Origin: Caecitellus pseudoparvulus
Taxonomy: Eukaryota > Protista > Bigyra: Bicosoecida
DNA: 64,000 bases
Reading direction: 5' to 3'
Assembly: GCA_965644315.1 (NCBI GenBank)
Contig: CBFFRQ010000064.1
Coordinates: 124,001-188,000 of the forward strand
Positions 32,359 through 43,711 of the stretch are shown one piece after another (position 1 is the stretch's first letter; the number at the start of each line of letters is the position of its first letter). A model generated the notes under the pieces. The model was not told the origin of the DNA. It was given only the letters and a program-made list of their open reading frames with translations, and did not search any database. The translations under genes were made by a program, and so were the position numbers.

Positions 32359-33350
32359 TCACTGCCCTTTGTATACAGGCGCGCGTTTCTCGCGGAACGC
32401 CGTCAGGCCCTCGATCCGGTCCTCTGTCGGGATGACCTGGGCGTAGCAGGCTTCCTCCACCCTCATGCCTGTGGCCAGGTCCGCCTGCATGCCCGAGTCA
32501 ATGGCCGCCTTGGCCATGCGCAGCGCCACTGGCCCCTTGTTCAGCATGCTGCTCGCCAGTTCCAGGGCCTTGTCCACAGCCCCGCCCTCTGGCGTCGCGT
32601 AGTCCACGAGGCCCATCCCCTGCGCCTCCTCCGCGTTCACTCGTCGGCCAGTGAAGATCAACTCCTTCGCCTTGGCTGTGCCCACCAGGCGGGGCAGGCG
32701 CTGGGTGCCCCCCGCGCCGGGGATGATGGCCAGGCCAGTCTCGGGCAAGCCCAGGACGGCAGTCGCGTCGGCGACGCGCAGGTCAGCGGCGAGGGCCAGC
32801 TCGCAGCCCCCGCCCAGCGCTGCGCCGTGGATAGCGGCGATGACAGGCATGGGCAGTGCAGCTAGGCCCGTAAAGGCAGCTCGCAAGCCATACACGAAGG
32901 CAGCCACTTCCTGGGGGTTCATGGCTGCACGCTCCTTGAGGTCGGCTCCGGCGCAGAACACCCGCGGCACAGTTGACCGCAGCACGACGGCACGGATGTC
33001 CTTGTCGAAACGCACCGTGTCCAGTGCGAAGCGAAACTCGTCCATCATGGCCTTCCCCAACGCGTTCTTCGACTTGGGACGGTTCAGGGTGAACATCGCA
33101 ATACCCGTGTGATCCCCATCCAGCTTCTCCAACTGGAACTCCTCCCCCGTCACCGTGCTGGCTGCACGGCGCAGGGCTGCGGCCTGAGCGGGACCAGTGA
33201 CGTGGAGTGCAGTTGTGGGGGTGGCGGGCTATCTCCGGCGCGGCTGAGGAGCCCAGGCACAAGGCTCTACATGTGAGCACACATACTCACATTGACAAAG
33301 CCTGCAGCTCGCTGGGCCACATGCCGCCCCGCAGCTGCCAAAGTCAACAT
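32359..33350 (-). CDS. AUH: Methylglutaconyl-CoA hydratase (AUH, crotonase family), mitochondrial (intron 33184-33290)
   Basis: Transit peptide MLTLAAAGRHVAQRAAGFVN|AAALRRAAS; FCAGADLKER, ALGGGCELALAADLR, PETGLAIIPGAGGTQRLPR, EDRIEGLTAFREKRAPVYKG. Confidence 0.93.
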
Positions 33351-34100
33351 GGCGTGGTGCTCAGAAGCAATTTCCGCTGCTTGCACAGCGCCGTTGTCAA
33401 GGTGTGGCAGCTAGTTGCTCACTCTCACGTGCTTAGACGCTGGTACACGTACTGTTGACACAAGTTTGGGTCTGATTTGCCTTGAGTGGTTCAGAGAAGG
33501 GCATGTCCACCGAGGCTTTCCAAATGACTCAACAATGCATCATTCGCGCACCTGGAAAATGAACCCTACGAGCGTCTGCCGCCTTTCAGCAGCCCCGTGC
33601 CTGGTCTTCACTTTCTACTGTGCGTCAACATCAGCTGTTTGGTCCAACACTGTCTCTACTGCAGTGTTCACGCGTCTCTGATCGCGTCTCGGTTGTTGGT
33701 GAGTGCTTGGCAGGCTGGACATGCAGCTTGGCTGGGCAGCAGGGTGTCTCTGATTTGGGCCGTGGCAGCGAGCTTGCCACGCTTCCGTGTCCTGCGTGTT
33801 GGCATGGACGGCGCATGCTAGCATCCTTGTGTTGCTGGATCCCGCTCAGTGCGGGCGGTGGGGCCAAAGCATGTGGCCAGTGTCGGGGTGGTGCAGTGGA
33901 GGCATCAAATTCCGCTCACCGCCACGCCACGCGAATGCTGTTCGTCGTGCCGTGGCTCGGTGCGCCCTTGTGCCGCTTGGTATCAGTGTGCTCGCGCAAG
34001 TTGCCGAACTTCCATGCCAGTCCCCCTCACGCTCGCACGATCCGCGCTCCCCTTCGCCTGGTTTTGCAGCTTCCCCAGCGACACACCCCCAGTACCAGTC

Positions 34101-34442
34101 ATGCCCAAGAAGAAGGCCTCCACGACGGAGTCCGTCAACGCCCGCCTGCAGCTGGTGATGAAGTCCGGCCGTGCCTCCCTGGGGTACCGCCAGACCCTGA
34201 AGCACCTGCGCGACGGCTCTGCCAAGCTCGTCATCATTGCCAGCAACACCCCCACGCTGCGCAAGTCTGAGCTGGAGTACTACGCCATGCTGTCCCGCAA
34301 GTCCTCCAACACCAAGGTGCACCTGTTCGCCGGCAACAACAACGACCTCGGCACTGCCTGCGGAAAGCTGTTCTCTGTGTCTTGCCTCACCGTCACGGAC
34401 GAGGGTGACTCCGACATCATCCGCTCTCTGCCCCAGGCATAA
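34101..34442 (+). CDS. RPL30: 60S ribosomal protein L30 (eL30)
   Basis: [54 protein letters not shown]. Confidence 0.98.
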   Translation: MPKKKASTTESVNARLQLVMKSGRASLGYRQTLKHLRDGSAKLVIIASNTPTLRKSELEYYAMLSRKSSNTKVHLFAGNNNDLGTACGKLFSVSCLTVTDEGDSDIIRSLPQA

Positions 34443-34664
34443 GCAGCCTGAGCACGGCTGCTCGCCTTCCTCCCCTCCCTTCCTCGCCACGGACAGCGGG
34501 AATCCTCAACCCCCTCCGCCTTCACCTCGCCGCGCCATGACACCCGGCACAGTAGTGTGTGCGCTGGTGCTCTCTTCTTTGAATTGACACTCGCGTGCAG
34601 TCACCACCCACCCACCCACCCCACACTCCACGCTTGCTTCGAGTTGCACACGCCACCCAACGCT

Positions 34665-37400
34665 TTACATCCGGCTGCCGCCAGTGTAGCCCAGGGGAGA
34701 CACAGCAGAAACGCCGCCCCTGCCGGGTACGCTGCGCATGGTGCTGGACATGTCGTCCTCGTCCACGGGAGTGCCTGCTGTCTTCTTGAGGGCGTGGATC
34801 TGCCTGCGGTACATCTCCCGCTCGGCAGCCCACGCAGCCTTGTCCTCGCTCCACAGCTGCGTCAGCACTTCAGTCTCCTCACTCCAGTTCTTCACGGCAG
34901 CCGCCCGCCCCTCACGCTCCCCCTCCAGCTCCTGCCGCAGCGTGTCCAGCTGGGCCCGGGACGCCGGCACGAGGGAGTCCGGCACCGCAGCAGGCGAAAT
35001 GGACGTCAGGCGCCCCCCAGTCGCCGCGTCCGTGACGTCAGCTAGCTGCGCCGTCAGGCGCCCCCGCTCCCCCACCCACTCCTTCTGGTCCGCCTCCCAC
35101 TGCCCGTACAGGTTCTTGATCTCGCCCTCCAGGGCCGCCACGTGGGCCGCCAGCTTGGCGTTGGCAGTGTTCAGGCGGGCCCTGTCCTCGTCCAGCGCCC
35201 GCAGGCGAGCCTCCGTGCCCTCCGCCCCGGGCGTCAGGCGCAGCGCATCCCGGAGCCGGGCGGTCTCCGCCATGAGCGCCTTGCGGTCCGCGTTGGCGGC
35301 GGCGATGAGCTCACGCTTCTCCTTGGCCCACGCCCGCCACTCATCGCGCGTCAGCACCGCCGCGTCAGTGGAGGTGGCGTGGTAGGCGCTGCGAGCTGCC
35401 TCTCGCGCCTCGCCCGCCTCCTCCTTGGCCGCTGCCAGCTGCAGCTGCAGCTCACGCACCTCCGCCCGCGACGCAGCCAGCTCGTGCCGCAGAGCGGCAG
35501 AGAGGGATGCGTCAGCGCCGCCGCCACTGGCGCCAGATGCCGTGCTGGGGCTACCGCCAGGGCTGCCGCGCGCTCCGGGCGTGGTGGTGGCGCCGGCGCC
35601 GCCCATGAGGCGGTCAGCCACGCGCTGGGCCAGCGCTGCCGAGGAGGCGATGGCAGCGCCTGAAGGCAGGTCGGTCAGGGCCTGCCCCTGGGGTGTGCGC
35701 ACACCCGCCTCCTCCGCCGCCACGGCGACGGCCTGGGCGGCACGCAGCACCGCAGCCAGGCACGCCTGCGCCAGCAGCAGCTGGTCTGTGGTGCTGGCCA
35801 GGGTGTCCCGCAGCCCACCCGCCTCCACGCCGTGCACTTCCACCAACGCGTGGAGCACCTCGGTGGTGAGGGCGGCCACCAGGGCGGGGTCGGCAGAGGG
35901 CGCGTGCTGGTGCAGGAAGGCGGCTGCGACGGCGGACGCCTCGTCATGCACGCCCACGGACACCTCCCCCTTGACACCCTCCTCCACATCCACCTTCATC
36001 ACGACACGGCTGTCGCCGTAGGTGGAGGCGGGGGGTGGGCCCATGGCGCCGCGCAGGGCGGTCTCCGACACGCCCAGCATGTCACCGCCTGCCTGCGCCA
36101 GCGTGCCAGCCTCCGCCGCCGAGGGTGGGGACACCCTGGCGCCGGTGGGCACGGCAGGGGGGCGGCTGGGAGACCCGCCCCCTGCGCTGGCACCCTCCCC
36201 TCCCCGCGCCAGCAGCGTGCCTGGTCCGGGGCTCTGGGTGGTGGAGTGCAGCGCCGTGGCATCGGAGCCGGCGCTGATGTTGGGGTGTTCCTCGTGTAGT
36301 ACGTCGCAGACCTCGGACCAGGTGAGGTAGGTGGGGTCCAGGTCCCCCCCCCCCACCGCCGACCGGCCGGGTCCGGGGGCCTCCAGCTTCGCCAGCAGCG
36401 TGGCTGCGCCTCGCCAGGCAGACACCTCTGGGTCGCTCTCCAGCGCCTGCACGAACTCCTTGCGCGGCACAGAGCCAGAGAGCGCGCCGCCCGTCGTGCT
36501 GGCCCCGGGCTGGGCGGCGAAGACCCGCTGCAGAGCCATACGCCGGGCGATGCGGGCTGCCACGGGCACAGGGCTGCCCAGTGGCACGGCAGGCGGCTCC
36601 TCCACGGCCAGGGATGCGAAGGGCGCGCTCTCCTCGGCAGCGGCCGCGGCGGCGGCGAGGGGGGAGGGGGGTGCCACCACCATCACGAGGGGGGGTCCCT
36701 CAGGCCCGATGCCTGCCTGGTCACAGGAGGCGCTGTCCGCGAGGGGCACGCCCGAGGCGGCGGCGGCGGCGTCTCGGAACAGAGAAATGTCTTCCACCGC
36801 GATGTTCTTCTTGGTGGCCAGCGCCTTCTTCAGGCTCAGCACGCGGATGGAGCCGAGCTTGGCTGCAGGCAGCTTCAGTGTCACGCGGACGTCAGTGCCG
36901 GCGGCGCCGCCCCCCCGGTGTTCCACGAACACCTTCACCTTGGACGGCGTGGTGGGCGGCGAGCCAGCGGGGGCCCAGGAGGCAGGGGCGGCTGCCTTGC
37001 CCTCCGACGGCTCCTCGCTGCCCCCCTCGCCGGGGGCCTCCCACCCCCCCTCCTCATGCTGCAGGTCAGCCAGGGTGGAGTGCTTCACCTCCTCAAAGGC
37101 ACGGCCCCAGCGGAAGACCTCCTCGTCGTTGGACACGGCGAAGTAGTACACGCGCTTGGGCGTGTGCACGGAGAAGACGTGCGGCGTCGGCGCCTTACGG
37201 TCCAGCAGGGTCCAGCCTGCGGTGAAGGAGAAGTCCCCCACGTTGAAGGCGCCCTTCAAGTCCAACTTGTCGGGCTTGGTGTAGTAGGCGAAGGCTGCCG
37301 TGGACAGCACCACCCAGCGCTTGCGCCACCGCTTCCCTGCTGGGTCAGACTTGTGCACCCAGCCCTCCTTGATGATCATGGGCTCCTCAGCATCTGTCAT
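34665..37400 (-). CDS. PH-domain protein with probable ubiquitin-like and EF-hand-like segments and a C-terminal coiled coil
   Basis: IKEGWVHK..KRWRKRWVVL..YYFAV..FRW is a PH domain. The C-terminus is heptad-rich. Middle domains are inferred only. Confidence 0.8.
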   Translation of the reverse strand: MTDAEEPMIIKEGWVHKSDPAGKRWRKRWVVLSTAAFAYYTKPDKLDLKGAFNVGDFSFTAGWTLLDRKAPTPHVFSVHTPKRVYYFAVSNDEEVFRWGRAFEEVKHSTLADLQHEEGGWEAPGEGGSEEPSEGKAAAPASWAPAGSPPTTPSKVKVFVEHRGGGAAGTDVRVTLKLPAAKLGSIRVLSLKKALATKKNIAVEDISLFRDAAAAASGVPLADSASCDQAGIGPEGPPLVMVVAPPSPLAAAAAAAEESAPFASLAVEEPPAVPLGSPVPVAARIARRMALQRVFAAQPGASTTGGALSGSVPRKEFVQALESDPEVSAWRGAATLLAKLEAPGPGRSAVGGGDLDPTYLTWSEVCDVLHEEHPNISAGSDATALHSTTQSPGPGTLLARGGEGASAGGGSPSRPPAVPTGARVSPPSAAEAGTLAQAGGDMLGVSETALRGAMGPPPASTYGDSRVVMKVDVEEGVKGEVSVGVHDEASAVAAAFLHQHAPSADPALVAALTTEVLHALVEVHGVEAGGLRDTLASTTDQLLLAQACLAAVLRAAQAVAVAAEEAGVRTPQGQALTDLPSGAAIASSAALAQRVADRLMGGAGATTTPGARGSPGGSPSTASGASGGGADASLSAALRHELAASRAEVRELQLQLAAAKEEAGEAREAARSAYHATSTDAAVLTRDEWRAWAKEKRELIAAANADRKALMAETARLRDALRLTPGAEGTEARLRALDEDRARLNTANAKLAAHVAALEGEIKNLYGQWEADQKEWVGERGRLTAQLADVTDAATGGRLTSISPAAVPDSLVPASRAQLDTLRQELEGEREGRAAAVKNWSEETEVLTQLWSEDKAAWAAEREMYRRQIHALKKTAGTPVDEDDMSSTMRSVPGRGGVSAVSPLGYTGGSRM

Positions 37401-37838
37401 GGTGAGCGGGGAGCCTGTGCAGGGGGTAGGAATGGGTGCTCAGTGTCTGCATGGTGTGGACGGCGGCGTGCAGGCGTGGGCGCGCCTGCACATGCCCAGT
37501 TGCAGACAATTCCGCAACGTCGTCGGCGACCCGCACAGACTGCACGCTCGTGCCTGGCATGCCGGGCATGGTGGCCCAGGCCATGTCATGCACAGAAATC
37601 ACCGCACATGACCGACAGGACCCTTCCCAATGCACCTGTTCACTGCTCGACCTCGCCTCGCAGGCGCTGGCGGACACTCACGAGAGGTGGGGCTGCCCTG
37701 CGGAAGTTGGACGCGGGGTGGCTGCTTGCAGTGCAGGCAAGCCTGCGTTCCTGGTGAATGGTGCGCCGTGCAGGCACGGGCTCACACAAGGAGTTCCGAG
37801 TGCATTCTAAGTTTGGCGCGACAGCCCACTCTGTTGCG

Positions 37839-40800
37839 TCACCGAACTGCTTCCTTGCCAAAGGCCCGCTCCTGGAACTTGCGCAGGAGGGGCAGCTCGA
37901 TGCCCTTCAGGCGCGATTCAAACATGGCCGCCAAAACCTGGAATGCGCGAGACACGACACGGGGCGGGAAGGCCACGGCACCAGAAGGCGAGACGAAGGC
38001 GCCCACTGCCGCCGCTGCCGCGCACAGCCCTGCATCTGCGGGGTCCGCTGGGACGCCTGTGCGTGGCGAGGCAGGCTCCCCTTCAGCTGCTGCAACCTCC
38101 GCCTCAGCTGCCGCCGCCGCCACTTCCTCACGCTGCAGCCATTCATACAGCCAAGGTGCACGCGCCGACAAGAGGGCCTGGTGGTCTGCGTAGTCTGACC
38201 GCAGGCTGTAGCAGACGACAGCCATGAGTGCAGAGCGCAGGGCGTTTCGCAACGCAGCGCTGTAGCGAAACTCAGTGAAGTCTGTGCTGGGGCCCTCCGC
38301 CGCGTCACAGGCGGTGATGAGGGCTTCCAGCACTGGGCCATACGTCACGCCCAGGACTTCCCTCCCCGGCACGTCCGACACGGCGTGTGCCGCTGCAATG
38401 CGCACCTTGTAGTTGCCGCTGCTGCACAGCAAGTCTGCCACTGCGCGCAGGAGGGCGTCCAGGCACCAGGTGGCATCAGGGACGGGCTTGCCCATGTCAG
38501 GGCCCATAACTGTGCGAGGTGCCCGCAGGTCAGCCAGAGTGGCGGCAGGGTCAGGCTCTGGCGTGCTGGGGGCGGCACGTGAGCCTGGCGAAACGCCCGC
38601 TCCCCCCGTGCTTGGCGCCACTTCCCTGGGAATGCTGCCGCCCCCACGGGCCCATGGCTTGGCAGCTCTCCGGTCTGGCGTCGAAGCTGTGATGGCGACA
38701 CGTGGCGAAGCAGTCAGGTCTGCGACGCCCAGCCCTTGCCCCTGCCTCCGCCAAGCACGCTGTGCGTTGATGAGGATTTGGCACAGGGGCAGGACGCAGC
38801 GCGCCGCGTAGCAGGCGTTCCACAGCGTCTTGGGCGGGACAGCCGTGGAGACGAGGGTGCGAGACAGCGCCACGAGGGCGCTGCAGATGAGCTCATGGTC
38901 GGCTGCTAGCTGGCCAGCCGCCGGCAGCGCGACGGGGGCCTTGCTGGCAGCAGCCCCACCCGCACCCCCCAGCGCACTGCCCACCATGAGGCTGCAGCCA
39001 TGTGCCGTGCTGGGCACGAGGCCCGCCGCCCACGCCGACGTGGAGGCGGGGGAGGCCCGAGGTGCCGGCGTCTCAAAGGGCGACGCAGCGCTGCTCAGGT
39101 GCAGGGTGGTGGAGTGCCCTGTGAAGCCACGGCCGCCACCGGAGCCCACGACGGCACGTCCATCTGCGGAGGAGGGGGGCGTGATGAGGTCCTTGGCTGC
39201 CGTGGAGGGCGCTGGGGGCGGGCGGGCGGCGCCACCCTCTTCCACGGCACTCTCCGCCTCCAGCGCATCTCGAGGGTACAGGTGCTCCACGAGCCCCTTC
39301 ACCACGAGCCCCAGCGTGCGCACAGCGGCACTGGACACCTTGTCGTGATCCGAGCCAGCCGCCAGCAGCGCCAGCGCCACCCTGCGCAGGAAGGGCAGGG
39401 GCACGAACTGGGAGAGGAGGAGGGGCGTCTCGTCGCCTTCGACGTCGCCTGAGCCGGCGGTGTGTGGGCCCACCATGCGGCCGGCAGCGGGGCGCCTGCG
39501 GGGGGGCGTGGGCCCCCCACCTCCACCCAGCGCCGCAGCAGAGGGCGCCACCAGTCCCGCTGTGGAGGCGCTGTGTAGGCTGGCGGCCTCGCTGCGGCGG
39601 GGCGTGGCGCACAGGTTGCCCAGCGCCCACACTGCCCGCACACGCACGTTGAGGGCGGGGTCAGTCACCAAGCCCAGCAGGTGTGCCCCTGCCAGCCCCG
39701 CAAAGGCGTGTGTCTTCCACTCCCTGAAGCAGGCCAGCGCACCCCAGGCCCGCGCCGCCGCCATGCGCACAGCCGGCACCGCATCCCGAGAGGCAGTCAC
39801 GACCAGGGACAGCGTGCGATCACGCAGAGCACAGCCGGCTGGCGACACGGGCAGGAGGCAGTCCCCCGCCACTTCTGCCTGGCCGCCGCCTAGCAGGCGT
39901 GCCCAGTCCACGGGCAGGAGGTAAGACAGCGCCGTGATGGCTGACGCACGCACCGCGGCGGTGGTGTCTGTGCATGCCCGCGGCAGCAGGTCCTCCACGA
40001 GGAGTTGCAGGCTGAATCCAGCGCCCGCAGGCGGCTGCCCAGCCATGGCCAGGGCGAAGTGGTCCTGGGCGCTGGCAGCCTCTCGGCTGGCAGCATCCGA
40101 CAGCACCGCCGCGGCGCGCGCCAGGCGGATGGGCGTCGTGCCTGCCCGCGCGCGCAGGAGTTCTTCCAGCACTCGCAGGCCGTTGCTGCGCACAGTGTGC
40201 TGTGCATGCGTGAGGCTGGCCACCAGCGTGTCCTGCACCTGCGGCCACGCCCGTGAAATGACGCCAGAGTAGTGCCGTGCCGACTTGGCCAGCACGCCCA
40301 GCACCTCCGTCCGCACGGGCAGCGGCGTCGCGTCGCCGCACATGTCAAAGAGCACGGTGAGGAGGGAGGCACCACTGCCCTGCCGGGGCGGCAGCATGGC
40401 CTGGGTCACTTCAGGCAGGGTGCCAGAGGTGGACACCAGCACACCCAGACACTGCAGGGCAGGCACCTGCACGGCCACGTCACCACAGTGCAGCAGGGCC
40501 ACCACCTGGGGCAGGCACAGCGTCAGCATGCCAGGAGGGAAGCGCAGGTAGGGCGTTGCAGACACCAGCTCCGCCAGTGTGTGCAGGGTGGCGGTGGTGA
40601 GGGCGGCGGGGGCCTGCGCCTCTGGGCGCAGCGCCTGCCGCAGCGCCAAGTGCACCTGCACCACCATGGCCTGCACGCGCTGCGACATGCTAGCGCCTTG
40701 GCCGATGCCGGCGGCGCTGGCAGCCGCCAGGAAGGCGTCCACTGCAGCCTGCCCGCTCGCTACGCCTCCTGCTGACAAGTCAGGTGCAGGTGCAGTCGCT

Positions 40801-42394
40801 GCCTCGGACGCTGCGGCATCCCGGGTGGTGCCAGGAGTCACAGCCACCCACTTGGAGATGGGGAGGGCTGCCAGGGTGGCAGTCATGGCCGCCGCGGCCG
40901 CCTCCCGTGCCTTGGGCGACGGGTCGAAGAGCAGCGCGGAGGCCAGGGTGGGGGCGGCTGGGCGGGGATGCAGTGCGTCATCCTGAGGCAGACACACGTG
41001 CCAGTGGCTGGCGACCAGCCGGCGCTGCCCCCGTGCAAGCGCCTCCAGGCACTGCAGTGCAGAGATGCGCACTCGAATGGGGAGGTGGCGGGTGCGGCCA
41101 CCTCCCGCCCCGCCGGTGTTGGCGCTGCTGAACTCACTGCCACTGCCGCCGGTGGTGGCACCGCCCAGCCCAGTGCCTTCCGAGTCACTCATCGTGAAGT
41201 GAGATGGCGGTTTGCTGGCCGCTGCCCCTGCGGGCTTGCTGCGCCTGGCCCGTCTGGCTCGGCGTGGGGCGCTGCCGCTTGACAGCAGGCCGCCATCTGA
41301 ACTGCCGCCGTCACCAGCTGCGCCCCTGCCCAGGGACGGGGTGACGACGCCAGCCAAAACGCCACTTCGGCCGAACATCATGGCTGTGGTCAGCAAGCGC
41401 AGCAGCTCCCCTCCGAACAAACTGGCCTGCAGAGGCTTGGCGGTGATGAGCGGCACCAGCCCGCGCAACGTGGCGGAGAGCAGGCGCGCCTGGTCCAGCG
41501 CGCTGTGAAGGGAGTCAGCAGGCCAAGCAGACACTTCACGGAGACTGCGCATGAAAATTGTGAAGGCTTCCTCGTGCACCGCCGCACAGGCGGCAGTGCC
41601 CTTGATGACGAGGTTGCCCAACGCAAGCAACGCAGCATGCTGCTCCGGCACTGCAGCAGCGGCCCCCTCGTCGCCTGGCGCCACGGTGCGCGACAGCGCA
41701 GGCTGAACAACCTTCAAGATCCCCTCCGCGAACTGTGGTGAGGCGGGGGCAAGGTGCCGGTGGCCGACGTTATGGGGAGTTGCAACGCCCAGCACGCACC
41801 TGGGAGCACTTGTCAGCGTTTTCAAAGACGATGTACCCGAGGCACTTGAGGGCGTCCACAGCATGCCCCCCCGCTGTGACCACACACCCAGACAACAAGC
41901 CTGGCATGGCTTTGGCCAGCTGCCGCGCTGACAGGCGCACAGGCTTCTCTCGCAGCACGGGCAAGAATGCTGCCAGCACGCTGGCGCCGCCGTCCACCTT
42001 GCTAACATCGCCCAGAATGGACGCTACGCGCGCATGCAGCGCCTGCACAGCAGCGTGACACCCCAGTGAAAGCCAGGGCAAGGGTTACGGGCAGGCAGCA
42101 TCCACACACCTCAGCTGAAAGCCCAGGCAACTCCGCCTTCAGGTTCCTGACCGACGTTACCAGGCTCGATGCTGTGACTGCTTCCCCCGCCACATCCGCA
42201 GCATGTGTGTCATCCCCACCCCCGCGAATCCAGACCCCAGGTGCATCTGCACGCAGGGGGCTCCTGGAGCTCCCTGGCCCCCGAGGCCATGCCCTGCTGT
42301 GCTCGCTGGTCCGGCTGCGTGCGGAATTTGCTCCCACTCCGCCTGCCTGGCCTCCGCGCCTTCCCCCTTCGCGAGGAGGGCTTCGCCAATCCAT
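37839..42394 (-). CDS. HEATR6: HEAT repeat-containing protein 6-like (two 5' introns near 42050-42110 and 41735-41798)
   Basis: LLFDPSPKAREAAA, NVRVRAVWALGNL, DHDKVSSAAVRTLG, KTLWNACYA, SGNYKVRIAAA, DFTEFRY. Confidence 0.82.
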
Positions 42395-42693
42395 GGCGGG
42401 AAGGTTGCAATTGATTTGTGCATCGTGAAACTTGGTGGGTGATTTGATTAATGTAGGCTCACACTCATGGTGTGCAAATGGGGCCAAGTGGGATGCGCAT
42501 GATTCTCCGCACCGCACCGTGTGTAGATCAAGGCATTGCACAGAGACAGCCAAACCAACAACTCAACACAACCGCCGTGAAGTTGCTTCTGATTGCGCAT
42601 TACTCGTATCTGTGAATATCGCGCGTGCATCCGCTCCCAGCGCACACCAGCCGCCACCTGCTTTCGACACGGGCGAAACGCCACCCCGCCAAC

Positions 42694-43695
42694 ATGGCGG
42701 CCAACGCTGCTTCGCTGGGAAGCCGCATCCACGAACGCCTGCAGGCCAGCCCCTACGCCGATGACGTGCAGCATCAATCTGCGGCGGTGGCTGTTGCGCT
42801 GCACTTTGCACTCCTGCAGCAGGGCTTCAAGTGCACAGGCAGCAAGGATGAAGGCGCCGTGCGTGGCTTCGCGGCGCCGACAGAACAAGTGACCGACAGC
42901 GACTTCCTGCCCAAGGACTGCCTGGGGTCCCCTGAGCTCGTGAATTTCAGGTACAGCCACCCGGAAGCAGCGGGCAGCACCTTCATCGTCAAGGTCCTGC
43001 ACATGGGCAACACCAGTGCCGTGCACGCCGTGTGCAAGGGCAATTCTGAAACGCACCAGGGCGAAGTCACAGTGCAACGGGTGGCCTCCACCACCCCATC
43101 AACAGACTCCCCTGGCTGGTTCGCACCCCTGCAGCAAGCTGACAATGCCCAGCACTTGGAGGCGTGTGTGGCACACATTACCCACGGGCTCGTGCCAGCC
43201 ATCCAGCTCAAGGCCCAAGCAGCGACGGCGACGGCAGAGGCCCGTGCAGCCAAGGCCGAGGCCACTGCAGCCAAGGAGGAGGCCAGTGCAGCCCGCTCTG
43301 CCGCCGCCCGGAACGTGGGCCGGCCGCGCATGCCTGGGCTGCCCGCATCCATGGGAGGCGTGCCCTCCTCCCTCGTGGGCCCCGACCACCCCATGTTCAC
43401 GGGCGCAGACGGCGGCGGCTTCGCGACAGTGGACCCCCTGACGGGCCTCCCCATGCCCTCCGCACACCTTGGATCCCGGCCTGGCCTCCCTGGGATCCGG
43501 TATGACCCCATGGGGCCGGGTGTACCTGGCTTCTCGGGGCCTGACCACGATCACATGGCCCCGCCGAGCATGTTGGATCCCGAGCTGCGGGGCGGGCATG
43601 GACGAGGCAGGGGGCGTGGCGCAGGCAGAGGCTTCGGGGGCGGGTTTGGTGGCGGGTTTGGTGGCGGGTTTGGTGGCGGCCCCGGCTTCTCCTGA
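42694..43695 (+). CDS. PSMF1: Proteasome inhibitor PI31
   Basis: FP domain (ALHFALLQQGFKCTG, FRYSH, FIVKVL) and Pro-rich tail with LVGPDHPMF, PGIRYDPMGP, PDHDHMAPP. Confidence 0.85.
   Translation: MAANAASLGSRIHERLQASPYADDVQHQSAAVAVALHFALLQQGFKCTGSKDEGAVRGFAAPTEQVTDSDFLPKDCLGSPELVNFRYSHPEAAGSTFIVKVLHMGNTSAVHAVCKGNSETHQGEVTVQRVASTTPSTDSPGWFAPLQQADNAQHLEACVAHITHGLVPAIQLKAQAATATAEARAAKAEATAAKEEASAARSAAARNVGRPRMPGLPASMGGVPSSLVGPDHPMFTGADGGGFATVDPLTGLPMPSAHLGSRPGLPGIRYDPMGPGVPGFSGPDHDHMAPPSMLDPELRGGHGRGRGRGAGRGFGGGFGGGFGGGFGGGPGFS
43639..43674 (+). repeat. (GGCGGGTTTGGT)x3 coding repeat encoding GGFG
   Basis: Three exact 12-nt copies in the PI31 C-terminus. Confidence 0.9.
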
Positions 43696-43711
43696 CCCAT
43701 CCACGACAGGC

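Noticed and set aside
33488-33546. Possible C/D snoRNA on the minus strand (ATGATGC...CTGA) between AUH and RPL30
   Set aside because: Imperfect C box, only ~55 nt, no terminal stem, and no rRNA-complementary guide that I could identify.
43639-43674. GGGTTT-containing repeat as telomeric or CRISPR-like
   Set aside because: It is an in-frame coding repeat for GGFG in the PI31 tail, with no spacers.
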